Assembly: GCA_964419835.1 (NCBI GenBank)
Contig: CAYQPT010000002.1
Span: forward strand, 6,732-70,731
Source: an uncultured Candidatus Saccharibacteria bacterium
GTDB lineage: Bacteria; Patescibacteriota; UBA1384; XYA2-FULL-43-10; 1-14-0-10-43-13
Length of the DNA: 64,000 nt
Direction of reading: 5' to 3'
How positions within the stretch are numbered: the stretch's first letter is position 1; each line of letters opens with the position of its first letter. Under the pieces are notes generated by a model that saw only the letters and a list, made by a program, of their open reading frames with translations, was not told the DNA's origin and did no database searches. Positions 28,252 to 35,687 of this stretch are shown one piece after another. Position numbers and translations under genes: made by a program.

Positions 28252-28985
28252 AAGTTGGAATCATAATTTGTTTAGCGATCGTGTTGTTCCTAATTTTGCA
28301 TAACTTTCCGGGAACTAAAGAGGAAGGAGAAATTGGAGTGCAGACAAGAGAGAAAAAACCAAGCATCTGGAATAAAATTTCTTATAAGAAAAAAAGGAAT
28401 AATGCTGTAGCAATCCAAAAAGCAATAGACGATGCCAAAGAAGAAATAATTGCGCCGTCCGAAACAGAAACCGCTCAGATAAAATTTAAAGAAGATGATC
28501 CGGAAGTAGCAGAATTCTTATATGAAGCAGAATCAGCCATGGAAAAGAGCGATCTGCGGGAAGCGGAAGAAAAAGCGATCTCTGCCCTTTCAAAAAACAA
28601 GAAATGTGGAAAAGCATATGAAATAATTGGCACAGTCGCGATGCAAAGAGGATCATTTGATGAAGCAAGGGAGTCTTTTAAAACTGCTATAAAATGTGAC
28701 CCTGAAATAGGCGAAGCATACTTTGGACTGGGAGAAATTGACCTTAAAACTGAAAACTTTACTGAATCAATTGAAAACCTGCAACGAGCAGTTGCTTTGG
28801 ACCGGGGCCGTGCTGACTGGTATTGCGAACTGGGAAAAGCATATACCGAAGTCCGTCAGTTCGCCAAAGCGGCAAAGGCATTGAAGCGCGCCGCCAGCTT
28901 AGACATTGATAATAAAGAATATAAAGAACTCGCAGCTGAAGCAGAAGAAAAACAACGTGCTCACGCCGCCGCTTTCCGGAAGTAG
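28245..28985 (+). CDS. Membrane-anchored TPR protein
   Basis: N-terminal TM segment and several TPR-like repeats. Confidence 0.8.
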   Translation: MLEVGIIICLAIVLFLILHNFPGTKEEGEIGVQTREKKPSIWNKISYKKKRNNAVAIQKAIDDAKEEIIAPSETETAQIKFKEDDPEVAEFLYEAESAMEKSDLREAEEKAISALSKNKKCGKAYEIIGTVAMQRGSFDEARESFKTAIKCDPEIGEAYFGLGEIDLKTENFTESIENLQRAVALDRGRADWYCELGKAYTEVRQFAKAAKALKRAASLDIDNKEYKELAAEAEEKQRAHAAAFRK

Positions 28986-29025
28986 TATTCAAATGCTTAA
29001 CCAGTTAGAATAATGCCTTTTTTCG

Positions 29026-29529
29026 CTATTTTGTTGATATGTAGTTTCTTAGCTTCTCAGCATAATCTTCAACTGTTTTTATCTTTTCCGGTGTTTTCCA
29101 ATTTTCTTTTGCATAAATCATCATCGGTTTGACCGCTTTTATTCCGGTGCCAAATTTATCCAAAGCTTCCTTAGTTACAGGATAGAGCCAGAGATGAAAA
29201 TGCTCATCTTTCCTCTCTGGCAACTCCGCCACAATAATATTAACTTGATTTATATTTAAAACCTCGCGCATCCCCTTGCGTAGTCTTACTATTAGAGACA
29301 TAAACTCTTTTTGTTCCTCCTCGGTAAACTGGTCGATGCTTTTAATGTGTCTATTAGATGAGATGATGATGAATCCGGGTATTGGGATTTCGCAATCCTG
29401 ATTAACGCAAAAATGCTCTGATTTATAAATCATCCCGCATGGCACCTTGTACTCTCCTGAATCAATAGCACAACTCAAACACTCTTCATTTAAGATGGTT
29501 TTATTATTGTAGATGTCAATTATTTCCAT
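29026..29529 (-). CDS. HIT family hydrolase
   Basis: CLSC, IPGF.II.S.RH and HFHLWLYP motifs. Confidence 0.8.
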   Translation of the reverse strand: MEIIDIYNNKTILNEECLSCAIDSGEYKVPCGMIYKSEHFCVNQDCEIPIPGFIIISSNRHIKSIDQFTEEEQKEFMSLIVRLRKGMREVLNINQVNIIVAELPERKDEHFHLWLYPVTKEALDKFGTGIKAVKPMMIYAKENWKTPEKIKTVEDYAEKLRNYISTK

Positions 29530-29623
29530 AAAACCAATATATCAACAAAAGAAAATATTATCTACAAATCCCAACAATCAAATGTAAATAAAGTGTAGAA
29601 AAGAACTATTTATAGCAAATTAT

Positions 29624-30433
29624 CTATTGAGAAGTTTTTCGGCGGAACAACCAAGAAGCAACCGGTAAGGAAACGAGAAGAATACCGATGCTCCATGCAA
29701 CCGATTTCCAGCCATAATCGCCAATGGGCATACCTAGCATGAGAGAGCGAACGGCTCCGATAACCTGAGTGATTGGTTGATTCTCGGCAAAAACGCGGAG
29801 AACCGGCGTCATACCCTCTGTTGGGACAAAAGCGCTGCTAGCAAAAGTCAAAGGGAAAACGAAGACAAATGTTAGCCATTGAACCGCTTCAATACTTTTG
29901 GCAATCAGGCCGACAATTGCAGCCAACCAAGAAAAGGCCAAAGTAAAAAGTAGAAGAATCCCACTAATAACCAACCAGTCAGATGCGCTAGCCTCTGGCC
30001 TGAAACCCAGAACTAGCCCCGCAAGAATCATTACCACGGTCGAAATGATATTGCGGAAAAGATCGGAAATGACATGCCCATTAAGAACTGCCAGATTAGC
30101 CATTGGAAGCGAGCGGAAACGGTCCACTATCCCCTTTTGAAGATCGTTACAAACAGCAATGGCAGTTGTCGTGGACCCAAATGCAACTGTTTGAACGATA
30201 ATCCCCGCCATTAAAAAATTTAGATAGCTAACGCCCGGAGGCAATGCTCCCGAGACAGCTCCACCGAAGACGGCGACAAATAGAACCAAAAACATAATTG
30301 GCTGGAAAAATGTTCCGAGCAGCTGATCCATATTACGCACAATATGGGTGCTGCTGCGCCTGATCATAATAAGAGAATCATTGAATGCTAAAACGATTCT
30401 TGGTTTTTTTTCAAATTCTAATTTAACAGTCAT
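29624..30433 (-). CDS. ABC-2 permease (DrrB-like)
   Basis: FFQPIMFL.LF, GIVDRFRSLPM, FASSAFVP, NQP motifs. Confidence 0.9.
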   Translation of the reverse strand: MTVKLEFEKKPRIVLAFNDSLIMIRRSSTHIVRNMDQLLGTFFQPIMFLVLFVAVFGGAVSGALPPGVSYLNFLMAGIIVQTVAFGSTTTAIAVCNDLQKGIVDRFRSLPMANLAVLNGHVISDLFRNIISTVVMILAGLVLGFRPEASASDWLVISGILLLFTLAFSWLAAIVGLIAKSIEAVQWLTFVFVFPLTFASSAFVPTEGMTPVLRVFAENQPITQVIGAVRSLMLGMPIGDYGWKSVAWSIGILLVSLPVASWLFRRKTSQ

Positions 30434-31395
30434 TTGTCCTCCTCGGCATCGGCCGCCACTTTTTGTTTGCCCGTCAGAGATAAAAAAACATCGTCGAGAG
30501 TTGGCTTATGCACGGCCAAGGAAAGCAATTTGATATCGGCTTTACTCAATCTTTTAAGAATATCTTGAACATCAATATCGGTATCTTCAATAACTGCGCA
30601 AATAGTAAAATCTTTCTCGTTTATAGCAGTGGTATATTTACTCAATATTTTTTTAGCCTTTGATAACTTCTCAGCGTCAACCAAGGTAAGTTCCAGCCGG
30701 TCTTTGCCAACCTTGGACTTCAACTCTTTTGCTGTTCCCTCGGCAATAACCTTACCGCCGTCAATAACAGCAATACGGTCCGCCAACTGATCGGCTTCTT
30801 CAAGATACTGAGTTGTGAGCAATATAGTAGTGCCACTATCTAGTAATTTTTTAATAATCGACCACATTGCCAAGCGGGAACGAGGGTCAAGACCAGTTGT
30901 CGGTTCATCCAAAAAAATGATTGGAGGCGTTGCAATAAGACTCACAGCCAAGTCCAAACGACGACGCATGCCGCCTGAATATGTTTTGGTGATCCGGTCG
31001 GCGGCATCAAGAAGATCAAATTCTTTCAGTAACTCTTGCGCTCGAGCTTTGGCACTTTCTGGTGTTAGACGATATAGTCTTCCCATCATCACCAAATTTT
31101 CGCGGCCGGTAAGCAACTCATCCACCGCAGCAGACTGCCCTGTCAAACCAATAATGCCTCGGACTTGATCAGCCTGTTTTGTAACATCATAACCGCCCAC
31201 CGAAACTAACCCGCCATCATAAGAAAGCAAAGTACTCATAATCCTAACTATGGTAGTTTTGCCTGCTCCGTTTGGCCCCAGCAAAGCCAACATTGTGCCT
31301 TTTTCAACTTGCAAATCGACGCCTTTAAGAACATGGTTCAAACCATAAGATTTGGTCAAATTCTTGACCTCGATGATATTTTGGGGTTCGTTCAT
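30430..31395 (-). CDS. ABC ATP-binding protein (DrrA-like)
   Basis: GPNGAGKTT, YSGGMRRRLDLA, LTTQYLEEAD motifs. Confidence 0.93.
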   Translation of the reverse strand: MNEPQNIIEVKNLTKSYGLNHVLKGVDLQVEKGTMLALLGPNGAGKTTIVRIMSTLLSYDGGLVSVGGYDVTKQADQVRGIIGLTGQSAAVDELLTGRENLVMMGRLYRLTPESAKARAQELLKEFDLLDAADRITKTYSGGMRRRLDLAVSLIATPPIIFLDEPTTGLDPRSRLAMWSIIKKLLDSGTTILLTTQYLEEADQLADRIAVIDGGKVIAEGTAKELKSKVGKDRLELTLVDAEKLSKAKKILSKYTTAINEKDFTICAVIEDTDIDVQDILKRLSKADIKLLSLAVHKPTLDDVFLSLTGKQKVAADAEEDK

Positions 31396-31615
31396 ACTAT
31401 TACCATCCTCAATAATTCAACTGCGGTATGTTTCATTATATAAAAGTGCACTAATAAATTCAATAGTCTATTCTAATGGCTTAGTCATGCCTGTTCGATT
31501 CCTCATTACTAAAAAACCATCCCGCATAGCTCATCTTCGATGAGCGACGTGGGATGGCAGGATGTAACAACTGAAGTCAGAAACTTTTATGCCATTAATG
31601 GATTTTTGCTAGCGA

Positions 31616-32239
31616 TTGTCATATAATTTACACATGAGTACAAAACTTAAAAATCGATATATTCTGATTGCTTTTTCTGCGATCGAGATAGCGATAGTAT
31701 TGCTGCTGTCAACTGGTATAATTCAGCCAGATTTACGATTTTATTTCTTGGTAGTTTTTGGTTTTGCAACATTGGTTTGTTCTTTGGTCATGAGCGACCA
31801 AAAAAAGATGCTCGGATTAAGAATTGATAATATTAAGAGTGCAATGCTTGCAAATTTAGCTTTCGTGATTGTTGGATCGTTATTTATACTTATCGTCCGA
31901 GAGTTTAATTTAGTACGCTATGTTCTCGATAACATTCCTCCAGCCAGCTGGTATATATTATATGCCTTGCTTCTTGGGCCGATTCAAGAATTTATTTTCA
32001 GAGGATTCTTATTTGCTCGACTTAACAGTAGTGGGATTAATCCTTTGTTCAGAATTATAATAAGCGGCTTACTCTTTGGTTTTATTCATTTAATTTATGG
32101 CGACATTTGGACTCTAATTTTCGCAACGATTTTCGGAATTTGTTTAAGCATTATTTATTACTATAAACCCAATTTATATGCCGCAATATTTTCTCATAGC
32201 ATAATTGGTGCGTTAGCAATCTATCTCAGAATTATATAA
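31616..32239 (+). CDS. CPBP/Abi (CAAX-like) intramembrane protease
   Basis: QEFIFRG, FGFIH and H...G motifs; start may be the downstream ATG. Confidence 0.8.
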   Translation: MSYNLHMSTKLKNRYILIAFSAIEIAIVLLLSTGIIQPDLRFYFLVVFGFATLVCSLVMSDQKKMLGLRIDNIKSAMLANLAFVIVGSLFILIVREFNLVRYVLDNIPPASWYILYALLLGPIQEFIFRGFLFARLNSSGINPLFRIIISGLLFGFIHLIYGDIWTLIFATIFGICLSIIYYYKPNLYAAIFSHSIIGALAIYLRII

Positions 32240-32240
32240 C

Positions 32241-32276
32241 AAAAAATGACCAGCCATCGACGGCTGTTCATTTTTT
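32241..32276. terminator. Bidirectional terminator
   Basis: aaaaaatgaccagcc...ggctgttcatttttt between the CPBP gene and the tRNA operon end. Confidence 0.6.
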
Positions 32277-32501
32277 GGCAGGGCCAAGAGGAATCGAACC
32301 CCTAATAGAGGTGGCGCCTGTCCGCCGCAGTTACAATCTTGGCAGGGGCTAGAGGAATCGAACCCCTAATAGAGGTTTTGGAGACCCCCGTTATACCATT
32401 TAACTAAGCCCCTATCAAGATTGTACATTAACGTAGGCAGGAAGACCCTCGTTATTCCCGCTGCTCGCGAGCGGCGGGATATACCATTTAACTATGGCCC
32501 T
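32276..32501 (-). pseudogene. Outer, interrupted tRNA-Trp enclosing an intact tRNA-Trp
   Basis: 3' half at 32276-32312 (T arm, TGGCCCT-G-CCA) and 5' half at 32443-32501 (AGGGCCA, D arm with 24-nt insertion). Confidence 0.75.
32340..32413 (-). tRNA. tRNA-Trp (CCA)
   Basis: AGGGGCTTAGTTAAATGGTATAACGGGGGTCTCCAAAACCTC...TTCGATTCC...AGCCCCTGCCA cloverleaf, 74 nt. Confidence 0.95.
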
Positions 32502-32595
32502 AAAATGCGCTTGTGCGCAATTATCAATTACCGATAGTCAATGATCATTAAATGAAAATTGAAAAATGATAAATGAAAAATGTAATCGCTTGCGA

Positions 32596-32763
32596 TTACT
32601 TCGTCTCTTTGTGTGCTGTGCGTTTTTTATCAACTTTACAATACTTGACCAATTCAATTCTCTTGATGACATCTTGGCCTTTAAGTCTTTTTTCTGTGTG
32701 ATAATTTCTCGCTTTGCAGTCTGCACATTCGAGAGTTACTAGTTTCCTTGCTTCTTTTGCCAT
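32596..32763 (-). CDS. rpmG: 50S ribosomal protein L33 (not in ORF track)
   Basis: Manual translation MAKEARKLVTLECADCKARNYHTEKR...IELVKYCKVDKKRTAHKETK; lies between tRNA-Thr and tRNA-Trp. Confidence 0.93.
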   Translation of the reverse strand: MAKEARKLVTLECADCKARNYHTEKRLKGQDVIKRIELVKYCKVDKKRTAHKETK

Positions 32764-32782
32764 GATTTTTCCTTATATTAAA

Positions 32783-32947
32783 TGGAGCCGAAGGAGGGAT
32801 TTGAACCCACGACCTACTGTTTATCCCTCACCCTTGGAGCCACCTGGGGGATTTGAACCCACGACCTACTGTTTACAAAACAGTTGCTCTACCACTGAGC
32901 TAAGGTGGCACTCAAGGGTGAGGGACTCAACACTGAGCTACTTCGGC
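32783..32947 (-). pseudogene. Outer, interrupted tRNA-Thr enclosing an intact tRNA-Thr
   Basis: 5' part GCCGAAG-TAGCTCAGTGTTGAG at 32926-32947; 3' part AAACAG...TTCAAATCC-CTTCGGC-TCCA at 32783-32823. Confidence 0.75.
32835..32909 (-). tRNA. tRNA-Thr (TGT)
   Basis: GCCACCTTAGCTCAGTGGTAGAGCAACTGTTTTGTAAACAG...AGGTGGCTCCA, 75 nt. Confidence 0.95.
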
Positions 32948-32949
32948 AA

Positions 32950-33036
32950 TGGTGCTGAGGGCAGGATTCGAACCTACGAAGGCACAAGGCCGTGTGATTT
33001 ACAGTCACATGCGTTTGACCACTTCGCTACCTCAGC
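32950..33036 (-). tRNA. tRNA-Tyr (GTA)
   Basis: Cloverleaf with CTGTAAA loop, long variable arm and CCA end. Confidence 0.95.
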
Positions 33037-33124
33037 ACATATTTTAATGTCCTTCGACTACTTTTCGAATCATTCGACTCAAATGGTTTACCATGAGCGA
33101 GCGAATAAAATGAAGCGAGTCGAA

Positions 33125-33200
33125 TGGAGCCGACGACGGAACTCGAATCCGTGACCTCACCCTTACCAAGGGTGTGCTCTACCAACTGAGCTACATCGGC
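33125..33200 (-). tRNA. tRNA-Thr (GGT)
   Basis: GCCGATGTAGCTCAGTTGGTAGAGC...CTTGGTAAG...TCCA, 76 nt. Confidence 0.95.
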
Positions 33201-33436
33201 CCAACTTTGCTCTAGTTTGCGCTAGAGCTACGCTGGGCAAGCAAACTCAGGATGAAATTCACTTGTCCTTCGTAGCCCGGCTACAAGAGGGCGAAGAAGG
33301 AAGCTACATCGGCACAGGCGTGAGATCACTCTCAAGCGTAAGGAACAAAAAAATTGTAACATTTTTCTCTAATATTTTCAACCATCAGGTGAGCAGAAAC
33401 AGCAACAACATTTCTGACATTAACTTGCTATATTCT

Positions 33437-33790
33437 TTAATTATTTTCTTTCTTCATTTCAATCAAAGTCTCTGCAGCCAAAATACCTCTTTCTACCTTG
33501 TCTCTCAATCTTTCTGCAGTGGCGATATTACTCCTTGCCTCTTCAGTCGCCTCTCCAGTCTGCGCCCTCTGTATTGTATCTTCAAAACTTTTCCTCACTA
33601 TCGTCGCCGCCTCAACATACTTCCTTAATTCATCGACAGATTGCTCAAAAATATTCGCATCCACTCCGTTAAGATCAAGCCCTCTCTTTTTTAATTTCCC
33701 CTCCCACAATTCTGCTTCTGTATCCGGACCCTTCATCGATCGGATAAAATCCGCTTCGCCTCTGTATTCACCAATCATGTTTCCCCCCAT
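33437..33790 (-). CDS. Hypothetical helical protein
   Basis: 117-aa ORF directly downstream of the creatininase-like gene. Confidence 0.55.
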   Translation of the reverse strand: MGGNMIGEYRGEADFIRSMKGPDTEAELWEGKLKKRGLDLNGVDANIFEQSVDELRKYVEAATIVRKSFEDTIQRAQTGEATEEARSNIATAERLRDKVERGILAAETLIEMKKENN

Positions 33791-33791
33791 G

Positions 33792-34466
33792 CTATTTTAA
33801 GAATTCTTCCATTTTTTCTTCCGAGCCGTTTACCATTTTATCTAAATGTTTTTTGCCTAGTTCTAAGGAGGATTTTTCCAGCGGATCAGAGCCGTGGAAG
33901 TTCACAAAATCATCATCTTCGGTAAGGGTAACCGCCCTAGATTTCGCTTCTTCTTCCGGATGACAAGCCCATAATAGCGATGTTTCGCCCTCATCGGCAT
34001 GTGCTATGTGGTCAGTCATCTCGTATGGATTTATAAATAAAACTTTTTCATCCCCCTCTGCAATTTCGGTTAATTTTGCAACTTGGTTACTCCCGCCATG
34101 TCCCGTAACAATAATAACTTTTTTAAATCCCTGATCTTCCAAGTTCTGAACTACTGAAAGAATAATTTCTTTAAATAAATCGGGCTTAACAAAATACAAA
34201 TTACCTAAAAGTGCCTTACCCAATCTTTTGTCCATCCCTCTAAGTTCTTTGCCATCGATGATTTTTGTCCCGTATGCGCCCAAATAAATGGGCGGCAAAA
34301 CATATCCCTCATATTTTTCAGCTAAAATCCGGCAGATTTTTTCCGCTACCATAAAATCTGTCTCGATCGGCAAATGATTTCCATGCCACTCTATTGTCCC
34401 GAGCGGCACATAAGCAATCCCCTTTTTCACAAATTCCTCATATTCCTTCAATGATGTAGTTTTCAT
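33792..34466 (-). CDS. Creatininase family protein
   Basis: PLGTIEWHG.HLP..TD, GHGG and HA...ETS motifs. Confidence 0.9.
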   Translation of the reverse strand: MKTTSLKEYEEFVKKGIAYVPLGTIEWHGNHLPIETDFMVAEKICRILAEKYEGYVLPPIYLGAYGTKIIDGKELRGMDKRLGKALLGNLYFVKPDLFKEIILSVVQNLEDQGFKKVIIVTGHGGSNQVAKLTEIAEGDEKVLFINPYEMTDHIAHADEGETSLLWACHPEEEAKSRAVTLTEDDDFVNFHGSDPLEKSSLELGKKHLDKMVNGSEEKMEEFLK

Positions 34467-34577
34467 AATTTTTATCCTTTTTACATTTTAATATTACCTG
34501 AATTAATAATTCACTGCCAATTATATGAATACTACTAGCTAAACGCCGGTGGTATTTATATATTCACGGATTCACAC

Positions 34578-34609
34578 CCTACTTCAACAAACTAGTTTGT
34601 TGAAGTAGG
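34578..34609. repeat. 32-bp perfect palindrome CCTACTTCAACAAACTAGTTTGTTGAAGTAGG
   Basis: Read directly; downstream of the TrpR-like gene. Confidence 0.9.
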
Positions 34610-34634
34610 AATAATCAAGGTTCTTTATTGCCTA

Positions 34635-35006
34635 TCATATGGCTCCGGGATAGTGTGATTTGAACGGATTCTCCTTCTCAGCCAAAATCGTCTCGTGTTT
34701 GAACTTATATTCTAAAACAATTTCCATGAGCTTGATTCCACCGGAATCCAGACATTTTTGAGCATTTGTGATTGTCCCGGTAGAGGTGCCAATCAATTCC
34801 TGAATTTTTAGATAATTAAAGTTCTTTGCCAGCATCCGCATGATGTTTAACCTCTGTCCCAAATACGCTTGCTCGGACTCAGACAGGAACGAGTGAAGAA
34901 ACAAAGTCAAATCCTCCTTTGTTCTAATTAAATTTATAATATCCACCAGAGTTTCAAACTGCTCTTTCCTCAATTCCTCATCATTGATGTTCGCAATTCT
35001 TTTCAT
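34635..35006 (-). CDS. TrpR-like (YerC/YecD) helix-turn-helix protein
   Basis: FL..FLSESE...LGQRL.I.RML....Y..IQ..IGTS..TI pattern. Confidence 0.8.
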   Translation of the reverse strand: MKRIANINDEELRKEQFETLVDIINLIRTKEDLTLFLHSFLSESEQAYLGQRLNIMRMLAKNFNYLKIQELIGTSTGTITNAQKCLDSGGIKLMEIVLEYKFKHETILAEKENPFKSHYPGAI

Positions 35007-35060
35007 AATCTCCTTTTATAAATTTGGATTAATTATTCAATATTATATTACACCATATTA

Positions 35061-35096
35061 ACCCTACTTCAACAAACTAGTTTGTTGAAGTAGGGT
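35061..35096. repeat. 36-bp perfect palindrome ACCCTACTTCAACAAACTAGTTTGTTGAAGTAGGGT
   Basis: Read directly; upstream of the TrpR-like gene. Confidence 0.9.
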
Positions 35097-35149
35097 GCCT
35101 AATCATATTTTACTGGATCTAAAGGAATTTAAGAAAGATTGGGTTGGGA

Positions 35150-35572
35150 GTAGTACAAAACTTCCATTCGGGCGATTTCGGATTTGGAATTAGAGCTGCA
35201 TAAAGCGACTATTTTTTGCTCTATCAATCTTTAAAAGTGGTTGTGTTTGTGCTATTTTCTTTTTGTAGAGGCGTACTGCTCTCCTTATTCTAATAATAAG
35301 GAGATAGCCATGTCAGAAAAGACCGGAAAAGAAGAGCTGAAGAGTGCTTTCACCAGGACACTTCGGGAAAGAAAGCCTCGAATCCGTAAACAGTTCGGAA
35401 CGAAACCAGATTGCATCCCCGTCGGGTGTTTACCGCCCGGAAAATTGATAAGTGTTCCCGTCTATAAACGACGATAGGAACAGCTATCAGCCCCACCGGT
35501 TCGGCTTTGCCGGTGGGGATCATTTTTACTTAAGGGTTTTTTGCCCGTAGTACAAAACTTCCATTCGGGCGA
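35150..35572. repeat. 26-bp direct repeat (35150-35175 and 35547-35572)
   Basis: gtagtacaaaacttccattcgggcga occurs twice, with partial similarity continuing to the right. Confidence 0.9.
35310..35477 (+). CDS. Small basic hypothetical protein (55 aa)
   Basis: AAGGAG RBS before ATG 35310; GC-rich hairpin at 35491-35518 after the stop. Confidence 0.5.
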   Translation: MSEKTGKEELKSAFTRTLRERKPRIRKQFGTKPDCIPVGCLPPGKLISVPVYKRR

Positions 35573-35687
35573 GGGCAGACTTGGGATTAGAATCGCTTAA
35601 ATATTCAACCACTTCCCCACTCTCCGGATCTTCAAAAAATATTGAGTACTTTCCTTTGTTCTTATTGTAAATGCAATCAGGAAAAAG
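35526..35687 (-). pseudogene. C-terminal gene remnant
   Basis: Open frame LFPDCIYNKNKGKYSIFFEDPESGEVV...MEVLYYGQKTLK with no start codon. Confidence 0.45.

Noticed and set aside
32313-32442. Group I or archaeal BHB intron as explanation of the tRNA inserts
   Set aside because: Inserts are too short for a ribozyme core once the inner tRNA is excluded, and no clear bulge-helix-bulge is visible; not tested computationally.
32538-32726. 62-aa minus-strand ORF in the track
   Set aside because: Wrong frame; the real gene here is rpmG (32596-32763).
32714-33154. 146-aa plus-strand ORF with repeated WSRR..LNP
   Set aside because: Antisense translation of tRNA genes; a typical shadow ORF.
34578-35572. 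CRISPR array from the 26-36 bp repeats
   Set aside because: Only 2-3 copies spaced 400 bp or more apart, no regular spacers, no cas genes.
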